A stretch of DNA of 64,000 bases from Microcoleus sp. Its GTDB lineage: Bacteria > Cyanobacteriota > Cyanobacteriia > Cyanobacteriales > Microcoleaceae. This document shows positions 54,144 to 64,000 of the stretch, one piece after another. Made by a program: the position numbers and the translations under genes. The notes beneath the pieces are model-generated. The model saw only the letters and a list, made by a program, of their open reading frames with translations, was not told where the DNA came from and did not search any database. How positions within the stretch are numbered: position 1 is the stretch's first letter; each line of letters starts with the position of its first letter. Location: positions 5,312,001-5,376,000 of the forward strand of contig CP181291.1 in assembly GCA_052279835.1 (NCBI GenBank). Direction: 5' to 3'.

Positions 54144-56258
54144 TTACTTCCAGTTTTGCCAAGAACTATTGAAGACAGAAGTACCCGGAAATGCGATGGG
54201 ATTGGCATTTTGTTGTAGCCGCAACTGTAACACCTCCAAATTGGGCTCGCGGGATGGCAATTCGTCCACCAATTGATAAGGTATAATCCCATTTTCTAGG
54301 GAAAAAGCAGCCGTAATTCCGGCCGCTGCACCAGCGGACCATTCAAAAGAATGCACCCGATAAGCAGCCGCCGCTGTGTGGCTGACAGCAATACTTTTAC
54401 CCGCCACCAACATATTATCAATTTTCTGAGGAATCATTGCCCGCAGCGGAATTTGGAAGGGATAAGCTTGACCTTGACCTTTGCGAGTTCCTTCGCGTTC
54501 GGTGTTTCCTGGTGCTTCTGGGGGACTGTTGGTCATGCAGGGGTGAAAGTCGATCGCATAATGACCAATACCCACAGCATCTGGATAAATCGTAGCGCGC
54601 GATCGCGATTTTGTATTCTCAACCGATTGACTACCCACAGCCAAAGCCGGCGCATTTAAACCACCCAAATTCAGCCACAAATTCCGGTAATCTTCCGCCG
54701 ACAAATTCTGACGGTAAAAACTATCCTTAAAATTAGTGCGAGACATATCAACTTCCCACACCGTAAAACCTTGAGGCTGACTCAAACTTGGTCTCCCAAT
54801 AATTCGTCTGCCCTCCCGCATATAAGGATATTTAGAAAGTCCGTGAACGGTCCCCATCGGCGAATCTAGTCCGCTCAAAAATCGATTATTTGGATAAGGC
54901 TTTTTGACACCATTACCGAGTTGCGAGTCAGTGGTTCCTGCTACCAACCAGTAGAAAAAGCCTTTAGCATTTTCTTCCCCACGCCGCAATGTTTCTGTTC
55001 GCAAACCACCCATCCAGCCACCGGGTTGCAGTTGACCGTTCGCGGCGAGTTGCTCGCGAGAATAAATTAAATTATCCTGGGAAGAACCAGGGCGATAGTC
55101 ATTACCCCAAGTCCAGTTTTGCATGGAAATATCCCCAGGGTAAATGGGGAATTGCTTGGGGTCGGCAGGGCGCGGTTCATCGGGTTTCATACTCCTGATT
55201 TGGCGGTAGCTGAAAACCAAAGGAAAACTAGCTAATCTCTGCAATTCGTAACTGTAATAAGGAGCATATTGCTGATAAAAAGATGGCTGTTGCTGCTGTT
55301 GGGGTTCCTTCGTTGCCTCCATGGCAAAGGTGTAGGTAAAACCTTGAGTACAATAAGCATCACCCGTAGGACTTCCAGAGGAAGGTTCTAGGGGGGAACG
55401 GGGGTCAATCCCCAGGCGGTAGGGAACATCGGCTAGTCCGATTAATTCGCCGGTTTCTGTGGCATCGACAACGTACCAATCAGCACCCATCTTACTTTGT
55501 AAAGGGGGGGTCTGACGTGGTTTGGGAATAAACCGGATAATGGTTTTGTTAAATCGCGCCGAATTTTCGTAGCGGTAGGCATCTTCGATGGTTTTAGAAA
55601 GGGTTTCGGTGTTGATTGGTGGGGTATTGGGGGCTGGTTGGTGCGAAATGGCGATCGCACTTTTAATTTGTTGACCACCCACCGCATTTCCCGCCACAGC
55701 AGGAGTAATTTCTAGTTCTTTAATTACCGTATTGGGAAACCATTTCAGCTTACCATTTCCTGTTTTAGCAGCATCCTGTAACACTTCAAATAAAATTTTG
55801 TGACCGTCGTAGGGCATGAAACAGGAATAACTAACCCAACAGCCGCCGGGATTGAGACGGCCGTAATGTTCCTTGATGCGCCGTCGCAATTCTAGGTAGC
55901 CGCGGGGGTAAAATAAGAGCGATCGCTGAGTGTCTCTTTCATCTAGTGCAGAGGTTCCCTGGGAGGAGATTTGGCCACCTACCCAGTCCGTAATTTCCGT
56001 CAGACAAACCGTGCGACCAGCCCGCAAACCTTCGTAGGCGGTAGCAGCACCAGCCAGTCCGCCACCTGCTACCAGAATATCACAAGTTTCCTCGCGATCT
56101 AGATTGCGATTCGGCGCGGAAAATACGGGTGAAATAGTGGATATTACCGAAATTAGACCGAGAGATAGGCTCAAGAGCGATCGACTTTTGAGCCAGAATA
56201 AATACCTTGGCGGTTTCATCGCAGATTGTTGGCTAAATTTTGACATAACTCCAGACAC
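54144..56258 (-). CDS. FAD-dependent oxidoreductase with a signal-like N-terminus
   Basis: [34 protein letters not shown]. Confidence 0.88.
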   Translation of the reverse strand: MSGVMSKFSQQSAMKPPRYLFWLKSRSLLSLSLGLISVISTISPVFSAPNRNLDREETCDILVAGGGLAGAATAYEGLRAGRTVCLTEITDWVGGQISSQGTSALDERDTQRSLLFYPRGYLELRRRIKEHYGRLNPGGCWVSYSCFMPYDGHKILFEVLQDAAKTGNGKLKWFPNTVIKELEITPAVAGNAVGGQQIKSAIAISHQPAPNTPPINTETLSKTIEDAYRYENSARFNKTIIRFIPKPRQTPPLQSKMGADWYVVDATETGELIGLADVPYRLGIDPRSPLEPSSGSPTGDAYCTQGFTYTFAMEATKEPQQQQQPSFYQQYAPYYSYELQRLASFPLVFSYRQIRSMKPDEPRPADPKQFPIYPGDISMQNWTWGNDYRPGSSQDNLIYSREQLAANGQLQPGGWMGGLRTETLRRGEENAKGFFYWLVAGTTDSQLGNGVKKPYPNNRFLSGLDSPMGTVHGLSKYPYMREGRRIIGRPSLSQPQGFTVWEVDMSRTNFKDSFYRQNLSAEDYRNLWLNLGGLNAPALAVGSQSVENTKSRSRATIYPDAVGIGHYAIDFHPCMTNSPPEAPGNTEREGTRKGQGQAYPFQIPLRAMIPQKIDNMLVAGKSIAVSHTAAAAYRVHSFEWSAGAAAGITAAFSLENGIIPYQLVDELPSREPNLEVLQLRLQQNANPIAFPGTSVFNSSWQNWK

Positions 56259-56369
56259 TTATGGTGTCCAAATCTTTATTTTGCACTATACTGACATTTA
56301 AGTGTACTGTCAGAGCAAATTTTTAGTTTTCTAGCGGATTAGTAAGTATAACAACTATTTAATATCCCC

Positions 56370-56891
56370 ATGAACCCGATGAGCAACATTCTCAGATTTT
56401 TTAGATTTTTGCTCCCTTTTGAAAAATTTAAAATTACCACAACTTTAACTTTTTCTAAGGTGCTGCAAAGATTAGACGAAGTTGTCGATACTCCCAAAAT
56501 TTTTAGAATCGTGATACCTTTTGGGCCACCACCTCCCAAACCTTATGAGGGAACCATAAATGGCAAGACTTTTAAAATTAGTCGGATTATCAGCGGTCGC
56601 AATTCTTTCCTGCCATTTATTCAAGGAGAAATACATCCTCAACCCTTCGGTTGTGTAATAGATATTAACATGAGTTTGCATAAACTTGTGATGATATTTA
56701 TGATTTTTTGGTTGTGGTTCACAGGTAGTATTGGCATTTTTGCTTTATTTGCTTGGTTCACAGAACCCTCTGTGGGACCTATATTTCTTCCCTTGTTAGG
56801 AATGTTTATATTTGGGTTGATTTTGTTTATAGTTCCGTTTAAGATAGAAGCAAAAATCGCTACTAAGTTTTTATCTACTTTATTTAATTAA
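56370..56891 (+). CDS. Hypothetical membrane protein
   Basis: Two C-terminal TM segments. Confidence 0.7.
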   Translation: MNPMSNILRFFRFLLPFEKFKITTTLTFSKVLQRLDEVVDTPKIFRIVIPFGPPPPKPYEGTINGKTFKISRIISGRNSFLPFIQGEIHPQPFGCVIDINMSLHKLVMIFMIFWLWFTGSIGIFALFAWFTEPSVGPIFLPLLGMFIFGLILFIVPFKIEAKIATKFLSTLFN

Positions 56892-56900
56892 GTAGAAGGA

Positions 56901-57018
56901 AGAAGAACCCCCCCCTGCCCCCCCCAAGGGGGGAAATGCTGGGAGAAGTCACCCCGCAATCGGGGGGAAATGCTGGGAGAAGTCACCCCGCAATCGGGGG
57001 GAAATGCTGGGAGAAGTT
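56901..57018. repeat. Tandem repeat, ~34-bp unit GGGGGGAAATGCTGGGAGAAGTCACCCCGCAATC
   Basis: Two full copies and one partial copy. Confidence 0.88.
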
Positions 57019-57033
57019 ATCTCGGTCTTGAAA

Positions 57034-59271
57034 TCACCTTTTGTTAAACTTTACTTTCAAATCGTTAACGGTGGGCGCTCTTTGCGGTAAAGTGATTTTG
57101 CGATCGCTCTTTGCTTGCTCTGGCGATCGCATTGTTAAACTAATTCGCTTCAACTTCTCATTCACCTCCAAAACTCGGACTTTCACCACTTGTCCGACTT
57201 TCACAATCTGTTTCGGATCTTCGACAAATCTGTCTGCTAATTGAGAAATATGCACTAAACCATCTTGGTGTACTCCCACATCGACAAAAGCCCCAAAGTT
57301 AGCTACATTCGTGATTATTCCTTCCAATTCCATCCCCGCTGTCAAGTCAGACATTCCTTTGATTCCTTCTTTAAAAGTAGCGTATTTGAACTCAGCTCGC
57401 GGGTCTCGGCCCGGCTTTTCTAGTTCGGAAATAATGTCTCGCAGGGTTGGTTCGCCTACTTTTTCTGTGACATATTTCTTAATATTGACACCCTTGAGTT
57501 TTTCGGCTATTTGTGTTACTTGGGTCAGCGGTATGTTCAAATCCTTGGCGATCGCCTGAACTACCGCATAACTTTCGGGATGGACTGCGGTATTATCTAA
57601 CAGGTTCTCGCCGTTGCGAATGCGGAGAAATCCGGCTGCTTGTTCAAAGGCTTTGGGGCCGAGTTTGGGGACTTTCAGGAGTTGGCGACGATTTTTAAAG
57701 GCACCGTTTTCGTTGCGGTAATTGACTATATTTTTGGCTACTGTTGGACTCATTCCTGACACAAAAGTTAGCAATTCTTTGGAGGCTGTGTTTAAATCTA
57801 CTCCTACATAGTTGACACAGCTTTCGACTGTTTCATCTAGTTTCTTTTTCAGCAGTTTTTGGTCAACATCGTGCTGGTATTGTCCAACTCCAATGGATTT
57901 GGGGTCGATTTTGACCAGTTCGGCTAAGGGATCTTGTAAACGTCTTCCAATGCTGACTGCGCCCCTGACGGTGATGTCGAGATCGGGAAATTCGGCGATC
58001 GCCACTTCACTGGCTGAATAAACCGATGCGCCGGATTCATTCACCATCACTTTAATTGGCTTGGTGTCTAATTCTGCCAAAACTTCGGCCACAAATTCAT
58101 CGGTTTCGCGGGAAGCGGTACCATTGCCGATCGCAATTAATTCAATTTTATATTTTTCAATTAAATGCTTGACAATTTTAGCAGCTTGCTGTCTCTGACT
58201 GGCTGCTTGGTGTGGAAAAATCGCTTGATATTCCAAAAATTGTCCAGTTTCATCCAGGGCGGAAACTTTGCAGCCGGTGCGAAATCCCGGATCGATCGCC
58301 AATGTGGGCTTCATTCCCGCCGGCGCAGACAGCAGCAACTCCCGGAAATTGGTTTCAAAAGTGGCGATCGACTCAATATCCGCAGCAGTTTTATTGTGCG
58401 ATCGCACTTCCGTCATCAAAGAAGTCTTCATCAGTCGGTTAAACGCATCCTTCAACATCGATCGATAAAACTCCTTAACAAAGGGTATCTTAGTTTTAAT
58501 TTCCTGAAATTCCAGATAAGCCATCACCGCTGCTTCATCAAAAGTCAAGTCTAAATCCAATATTCCTTCACTTTCTCCCCGAAACAGTGCTAACATATTG
58601 TGTGAATTAACACTTCTGGCAGCCACTTGGTAATTGCGGTACATTTCAAACTTGGTACTTCCTTCAGGAAAATCCTCTTTAATCTTCGAGACAAACAATG
58701 CTGTTTCCATCAAAAACTCTCGCAAGTATGACCGCAACTCGGCTTTTTCCGAAACACCTTCTGCTAAAATATCCGCAGCACCTTTGAGAGCATCTTCTGC
58801 TGTTTTCACTCCCTTTTCTTCCGAAATGTATTTAGCTGCTTCCGCTTCGACATCTGCTGGTTTAGCTTCCGGTTGATTCAAAGACTGGATAAACTCTGCT
58901 AGGGCTTCTAAACCTTTTTCTCTGGCAATTGTTGCTCGCGTCCGCCGCTTTTGTTTATAAGGTAAATAAAGGTCTTCTAATTCATTTTTTTGCAAACAAG
59001 ATTGAATTTTGGCTTCCAGTTCTTCGGTGAGTTTTCCTTGGGCAGAAATAGTCGCTAAAATAGATTTTTTGCGGTCTTCGATTTCCGTCAGATAGGTAAA
59101 GCGATCGGAAATATCGCGTAACTGAATTTCATTAAGAGAATCGGTTTTTTCTTTCCGGTAGCGGGCTATAAATGGAATTGTTGCTCCCTCAGAGAAGAGT
59201 TCCAGAGCATTGTTTACTTGAGCAAGATTGATGGACAGTTCTTGAGCTATTAGTTGAGGAATGTTGAGCAT
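57034..59271 (-). CDS. tex: Tex family RNA-binding transcriptional accessory protein
   Basis: GATIPFIARYRKE, IDPGFRTGCK, GRRLQDPLAELVKID, C-terminal S1 domain. Confidence 0.95.
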   Translation of the reverse strand: MLNIPQLIAQELSINLAQVNNALELFSEGATIPFIARYRKEKTDSLNEIQLRDISDRFTYLTEIEDRKKSILATISAQGKLTEELEAKIQSCLQKNELEDLYLPYKQKRRTRATIAREKGLEALAEFIQSLNQPEAKPADVEAEAAKYISEEKGVKTAEDALKGAADILAEGVSEKAELRSYLREFLMETALFVSKIKEDFPEGSTKFEMYRNYQVAARSVNSHNMLALFRGESEGILDLDLTFDEAAVMAYLEFQEIKTKIPFVKEFYRSMLKDAFNRLMKTSLMTEVRSHNKTAADIESIATFETNFRELLLSAPAGMKPTLAIDPGFRTGCKVSALDETGQFLEYQAIFPHQAASQRQQAAKIVKHLIEKYKIELIAIGNGTASRETDEFVAEVLAELDTKPIKVMVNESGASVYSASEVAIAEFPDLDITVRGAVSIGRRLQDPLAELVKIDPKSIGVGQYQHDVDQKLLKKKLDETVESCVNYVGVDLNTASKELLTFVSGMSPTVAKNIVNYRNENGAFKNRRQLLKVPKLGPKAFEQAAGFLRIRNGENLLDNTAVHPESYAVVQAIAKDLNIPLTQVTQIAEKLKGVNIKKYVTEKVGEPTLRDIISELEKPGRDPRAEFKYATFKEGIKGMSDLTAGMELEGIITNVANFGAFVDVGVHQDGLVHISQLADRFVEDPKQIVKVGQVVKVRVLEVNEKLKRISLTMRSPEQAKSDRKITLPQRAPTVNDLKVKFNKR

Positions 59272-59375
59272 AGTGCAGATTTTCTGGTCAATTGCTGGCG
59301 ATTAAGTAATTATTTAGAAGTGGCGGGGATTAATCACAAAAATTAACCCCAGAGGAGAAGAGATTAAGAAGAATT

Positions 59376-59586
59376 GGGTGCATCTGTGTTTGGCAAATAT
59401 ATTCCTAGGGGCTGTAGCATGACCGCTGTAAATCTCTGGTTATTACTAATAAATTGTCTGCGGTCATGCTTCGCCCTTACAACATCGGGATGATCCCGAA
59501 GAACCCCCCCCTGCCCCCCCCAAGGGGGGAATTTTAGGAATAAGAACCGGGTGCATCTGTGTTTGGCAAATATATTCCTAGGGGCT
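59376..59586. repeat. 38-bp perfect direct repeat (59376-59413 and 59549-59586)
   Basis: GGGTGCATCTGTGTTTGGCAAATATATTCCTAGGGGCT occurs twice. Confidence 0.9.
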
Positions 59587-59645
59587 AGGAGTATTATAGT
59601 GATTTTAGCATAAATGCAGTCATTTCTCAAATTCGGACTCTTCTT

Positions 59646-60524
59646 TTATTTGAATGTTTCTGCATAGGGAGATTGGTGCAAGTAGGCTTTGTTTGCAGAA
59701 CCGAAAAGCTTGAGTTTGCCTGCCACCACCGATCGCATGGCATCGATCGCCTTTGTCATCACTTCCAGTAAATCAGGATCTGACAAAGAACTGCTAGTTT
59801 TCAACACCTCCATATAAGCTTCCCGAACTTCGGTGTTGACATTGAATTTAGAGACACCTAATTTAATAGATTCACTAATCATTGATTCCGGTAAACCGCT
59901 AGCACCATGCAGCACTAAGGGCACTGAAACCAAAGCCCGGATTTTTGCCAACCGGGGAAAATCGAGTTGTGGTTCGCTCAAATATTGACCATGAACATTA
60001 CCAATTGTTACAGCCAAAAAATCCACTTTAGTTGCTTGAATAAACTCAACTGCTTGTAAGGGGTCGGTCATTTTTGCAGCTTTTGCTTCAATAGTCAAAC
60101 CATCTTCTGTGCCGCTAATTCTGCCAATTTCCGCCTCAACTACCGCGCCGTTAGCGTGGGATAATAAAGTCATTTCGCGGGTAAAACTCAAGTTTTTTTC
60201 GTAGGGTAAAGGAGAACCATCTGCCATAATTGATTTGATACCAGAGGCTAGGGCTAGATCGATGTCTTTTTCTGAGGTACTGTGGTCTAAATGTACGGCG
60301 ATGGGTACTAAGGATTTGCGGGCTGCTTCCATGCAAAGGGCGACTAAAGGCGATTTTCCGTATTTAAGGGCGCTGGGGTGAAGTTGAAGCATGGCTGGAC
60401 TTTGAAGCGCTTCGGCTGCATCAATCACGGCTTTAACTCCTTCGAGGTTATAAACATTAAAAGCCCCGATCGCATAAGCATTTCTCCGGGCTGTTTCCAG
60501 CAATTCGCTAGTTGATGTCAGCAT
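59646..60524 (-). CDS. Class II ketose-bisphosphate aldolase
   Basis: GAFNVYN, VHLDH, EAEIG, GNVHG, LVLHGASG, KFNVNT. ATG 60524 preferred. Confidence 0.92.
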   Translation of the reverse strand: MLTSTSELLETARRNAYAIGAFNVYNLEGVKAVIDAAEALQSPAMLQLHPSALKYGKSPLVALCMEAARKSLVPIAVHLDHSTSEKDIDLALASGIKSIMADGSPLPYEKNLSFTREMTLLSHANGAVVEAEIGRISGTEDGLTIEAKAAKMTDPLQAVEFIQATKVDFLAVTIGNVHGQYLSEPQLDFPRLAKIRALVSVPLVLHGASGLPESMISESIKLGVSKFNVNTEVREAYMEVLKTSSSLSDPDLLEVMTKAIDAMRSVVAGKLKLFGSANKAYLHQSPYAETFK

Positions 60525-60716
60525 AAGTACCAGGCTCAAAACGGTTCTGAATACTTACAATTTTATCGGTGAATGTACAAAATGTATAAAATGTACGGAA
60601 TTGTGGCAAAAGATCGCCTAAAAACTCCAGTGTTTTGAACTTTCAGACACCGGAGTTCCTATCCCCAAATTTTCGATATCGCTTTCAGGATTCAACCGTC
60701 AGTTGCGCTAACAGTC

Positions 60717-61355
60717 TCAGTAACAATATCTGCCATCTTGAGCTTTTTTTTGTCTTTGAGCGATGCGTTTATGTCCTAAAATTGTGGAGATAATCACACA
60801 TCGATCGCCCTTTGGGAGATGAGGATGAGATAATGTGAGTCTGCCTTTGGCTTCTAAACTGGTTAATCCACACTGATTTTCACTGTTATAAACTGGGCAA
60901 CCTTGGAAATTGAACATAGCTCGTCGGAAGGTTCCTTTGTCTGTGGGTTTGTTATTTCCATCAATTTTGAGCAGTGTTGTTTCCGATTTTCCTTTGTCGT
61001 TGATTTCTGTATGTATTTGAATATCCGATTCTAAATTTTTCCATTCCCCTGGGGGGACTTGGGCTGGGGGAATTTCGGATTTATGAATGGCTACTTGTAC
61101 GATGTTTCCTACTTGTTTGAAGCTGGCTTGCCATGCAATTTTATCACGTTTGGCGTTGCTGCGGGCTGTTACCATAGCCTGATAAGCGCGATCGACTGAT
61201 GTTTTGATGCGGTAGTTGTTGATGAACATTTGCCAAGCGGGAGCGCTGACGGCACTGACAATGCCTAAAATTAATACTATGGTTAGTAATTCAACCACTG
61301 TAAAACCCGCAGCAGAGGCTGTTGCTCTGCTTGTGAAACTTTTATGAATTGACAT
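60717..61355 (-). CDS. Type IV pilin-like protein (GspH/FimT-like pseudopilin)
   Basis: Prepilin motif AG/FTVVELL. Confidence 0.88.
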   Translation of the reverse strand: MSIHKSFTSRATASAAGFTVVELLTIVLILGIVSAVSAPAWQMFINNYRIKTSVDRAYQAMVTARSNAKRDKIAWQASFKQVGNIVQVAIHKSEIPPAQVPPGEWKNLESDIQIHTEINDKGKSETTLLKIDGNNKPTDKGTFRRAMFNFQGCPVYNSENQCGLTSLEAKGRLTLSHPHLPKGDRCVIISTILGHKRIAQRQKKAQDGRYCY

Positions 61356-61612
61356 TTAGATGCACTCCTAAATGGCGTTAAGAAAAGTTATCTAATTGAA
61401 TTAGGTTTATATTAATTGCTGAATTTGGTGTATGTGTAGATCGGTATTTACGGAAATTTAAGGAAATGTACGATCGCACTTTAGATGTGTAGCGTGTTTG
61501 TGAAATATCGATCGCATTTGGCATCCTCCGCGATTTATCGAAGCTGAGCAGAGCTGTTTCATTCTCTTGTAGGGGCGGTGCCAAGAGTGCCCGCCCCCAT
61601 CTTTGAGACTAA

Positions 61613-61714
61613 TACCATTTTCATAAAGTCATACTACAGATGTAGTTCAAAGCCCCCCCTTGGCAAGGGGGGGTTGGGGGGGTAGATATGTAGCGCTACT
61701 TTATGAAATTGGTA
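61613..61714. mobile_element. 102-bp MITE with TAA target-site duplication
   Basis: TIR TACCATTTTCATAAAG / CTTTATGAAATTGGTA; inserted in a GTAGGGGC...CCCCTAC repeat. Confidence 0.85.
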
Positions 61715-61785
61715 TAAGAGGGTAGGCACGGGGGCACTACCCCTACAAAACGATGATTTGTCACCAGAATGAAACAGCCCTGCCC

Positions 61786-61988
61786 CATTGGTGTCAACTT
61801 AAGCAGATCATCTGCGAGTCCGCGAGTCCGCCAGGGGTTGAAACCCCTGGCTAATAGCGAAAGTCCTCTCAAAGAGGACTGAAGAGAAGAATCTCAACTC
61901 ATTAGTCCTCTTTTAGAGGACTTTAGCTTTGAGACAGGGGTTTCAACCCCTGTCGGACTATCGGTTTGACGTTAAGTTGACACCAATG
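61786..61988. mobile_element. 203-bp MITE with a perfect 9-bp TSD GCCCTGCCC
   Basis: TIR CATTGGTGTCAACTTAA / TTAAGTTGACACCAATG. Confidence 0.9.
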
Positions 61989-62347
61989 GCCCTGCCCCTG
62001 CCCCCCCTAGGGGGGATGGGGGGATGGGAGAAGGGGGACGAAAGATCGTACTCTTATCCCCCCCTTCTGTAGGGGCGGTGCCTTTGAGTGCCCGCCCTCT
62101 CGGCTCGTTCAGATCTAGATTTAATAGTCAAATTTTTAATTGGTATTGTAAATATCGTGCAACATTCTTCTACCCCCCCTAGCCCCCCCTTGCCAAGGGG
62201 GGGGACAAGAATTAGGACGTTAAGACAAAGCGCCTTGATGGTTGCTATATAATTTGAGTCCAAATAGGAATTAATTTAATTTAAAATATCTTAACAATTC
62301 AGGAGTGACGCGGAATTGATGTTAAAGATTAAAAAATATTTGTGGCG

Positions 62348-62938
62348 CTACTTACAACCCTGTTTTGTATTGGTATCGAATGTCCCTTCATCAGTTCTCA
62401 TTCCTCCTAGGAGAGTTTCGACAATTACGCACTTTTTCGCACCGCCCCTAGCAGGAACAACTGTGACATAAAAGGGAGTTGAACCTGTGGGGGGATTACC
62501 CTGGTAGTCAAAAGTGATCGAGTTTGCAGGCGTAGTAGGAGCAGGTTGATTAACGGTAAGCGTAATAGTGTCTTTTTTAATTTCGCCGCCGACATTTAAC
62601 TGCTGGGTAATATTATCTATCGTAACTGTTGGCGGGTCAGTAGCCGGAGTAGGATTAAATGTAACTGTGATATCCCGCTTACTTCGCTTTGCTTCGCTTT
62701 GTGCACTTCGCAAGGTTTGCAAAACGCGATCGTTGACTGTGCGCACCCTTTGATTGTTGATGAAAGCCAGCCAACCGGGAGCGGCGATGGAACTGAGGAT
62801 ACCTACGATCAGGGCGATTACCAGGACTTCTAGAAGGGTGAAACCCTCATCGCCTTTTCTCGGTTTAGTATGTGGGGAATTTCCGATTTTTTGGGTGTTA
62901 TAAATATGCAAAAATTTGAATAAAATTGGAATTTTCAT
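62348..62938 (-). CDS. Type IV pilin-like pseudopilin (hps cluster)
   Basis: EG/FTLLEVL; AQSEAKR; CVIVETLLG. Confidence 0.88.
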   Translation of the reverse strand: MKIPILFKFLHIYNTQKIGNSPHTKPRKGDEGFTLLEVLVIALIVGILSSIAAPGWLAFINNQRVRTVNDRVLQTLRSAQSEAKRSKRDITVTFNPTPATDPPTVTIDNITQQLNVGGEIKKDTITLTVNQPAPTTPANSITFDYQGNPPTGSTPFYVTVVPARGGAKKCVIVETLLGGMRTDEGTFDTNTKQGCK

Positions 62939-63053
62939 GTTGTTTTCCTGTTTTATGTGCTATATATGCGATTCTTAAATATGTTTCATTTGGCAATTTC
63001 TGTACCCCCACTATATCGGTACTCCGATTAGTGGTGGGTGGTTGACCAATCAG

Positions 63054-63998
63054 TTATTTTCCTCGCGCACCGAGACCTTGTACCTGCACGGTTGCTGTGG
63101 GGAAAAATGCCGAACTGGTGGTTTTGAAGTCAGCATCGTTGGCTTGAAGGCGGCGCAGGCTATTGCCTCTGATTGTGACTTTGGCTATGTTTTTCTCTGT
63201 ATTAACACAAGCATAGAAGCTATTCATACCTTCTGTATCGGTTACTTTTAGGGTTGTTTCTGCCAATAGTTGTGTAGTTTTGGGATCGGTAGGATTACCA
63301 AGAGCCGTCCGGCATTCAGTTCCTAGCAATGCGGTATCCGAGTTTTTAGTGTGGTCGATGTAGTTAACCAGTACCTGGGGCTTGGTTGCCCCGGATTTAT
63401 TATTTATCAGTTCCGTCGGAACAGTCACATTTACTGTGGGCTTACTCAAGTCAAAGTCTTTATTAAAAGCTGGATCTCGTTGTTGAGTGTCTTTTGTCTC
63501 ACTATCCTTGTAGTAAGGATAATTAGGAACTGTAGTATCTGTCGCGTTAGGGTCTTTGATTCCATCGGTAATTTCGTAGCGAGCAATGCGGGTAGGACAA
63601 GTGCCTCCTGAAGGCTGACACCAAGTAGCATCGCTGTCTTTAAAGAGGTAGTAGGCAACTAATGTAAGCACATAGGTGTCGTCGCATTGACGAGCATTAG
63701 CTGGTTGGTCGCAGGTATTTGGTTTTACCTTCTTAGCAACTTCTGGGTTAAAAGGAACAGAATTTTTCCTCGGTTGCTGCTTCCAAAATACGAGTATCGG
63801 AATTCTATTAGGATCTCCATTATTTGGAAGTTGACTTCTGATAGCAGGGATGCCTGTAGGAGTAGTGGTGGGAGTGCTGGTAGTAGCGGGATTATTATCG
63901 TAAATATAAATAGCTTGGCTCAAATCTTGGGCGATGAAATCAGCGGCGGCCTGAAGATCTTGCTCGGTGTTTGATTTAACTTGTTCTCTCCGGTCGGT
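63054..63998 (-). CDS. hpsC: HpsC-like hormogonium polysaccharide pseudopilin (5'-truncated by the window)
   Basis: Frame open to the edge: TDRREQVKSNTEQDLQAAADFIAQDLSQAIYIYD; PILVFWK; FYACV..IRGNSLRR. Confidence 0.7.
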   Translation of the reverse strand, partial: TDRREQVKSNTEQDLQAAADFIAQDLSQAIYIYDNNPATTSTPTTTPTGIPAIRSQLPNNGDPNRIPILVFWKQQPRKNSVPFNPEVAKKVKPNTCDQPANARQCDDTYVLTLVAYYLFKDSDATWCQPSGGTCPTRIARYEITDGIKDPNATDTTVPNYPYYKDSETKDTQQRDPAFNKDFDLSKPTVNVTVPTELINNKSGATKPQVLVNYIDHTKNSDTALLGTECRTALGNPTDPKTTQLLAETTLKVTDTEGMNSFYACVNTEKNIAKVTIRGNSLRRLQANDADFKTTSSAFFPTATVQVQGLGARGK

Positions 63999-64000
63999 AT

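Overview
Chromosomal window from a filamentous cyanobacterium, probably Oscillatoriales (Microcoleus/Tychonema-like). The evidence is rbcLXS, pcyA, chlI, hps-type pseudopilins, abundant HIP1 (GCGATCGC) sites and heptameric STRRs. Core genes: clpX (partial), dnaX, pcyA, tatA, rbcLXS, chlI, ruvC, panB, speE, priA, phnDCE, ycf29/rre1-type regulator, map, tex and a class II aldolase. A poly-HAMP kinase/CheR/CheB/hybrid-kinase operon has its giant kinase split by a 1-nt frameshift. The main accessory block (16.8-29.2 kb) holds (i) a cassette-like run of PEP-CTERM, toxin-antitoxin and DUF559 genes separated by homologous HIP1-bounded junction repeats, and (ii) a 1909-aa subtilase/PPC/M23/lysozyme-like protein with a LEPRxLL-like N-terminal motif, divergent from an M50 peptidase and a second PEP-CTERM gene. 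The window also has a nested micro-mobilome: 102-104-bp MITEs with 3-bp TNA duplications (one inserted in frame into a signal peptide), ~205-bp MITEs with 9-bp duplications, and 24-25-nt SDR-like inserts (one splitting a HIP1 site in frame inside chlI). I saw no tRNA, rRNA, CRISPR array or transposase gene. All family assignments come from motif recognition by eye, not from searches.
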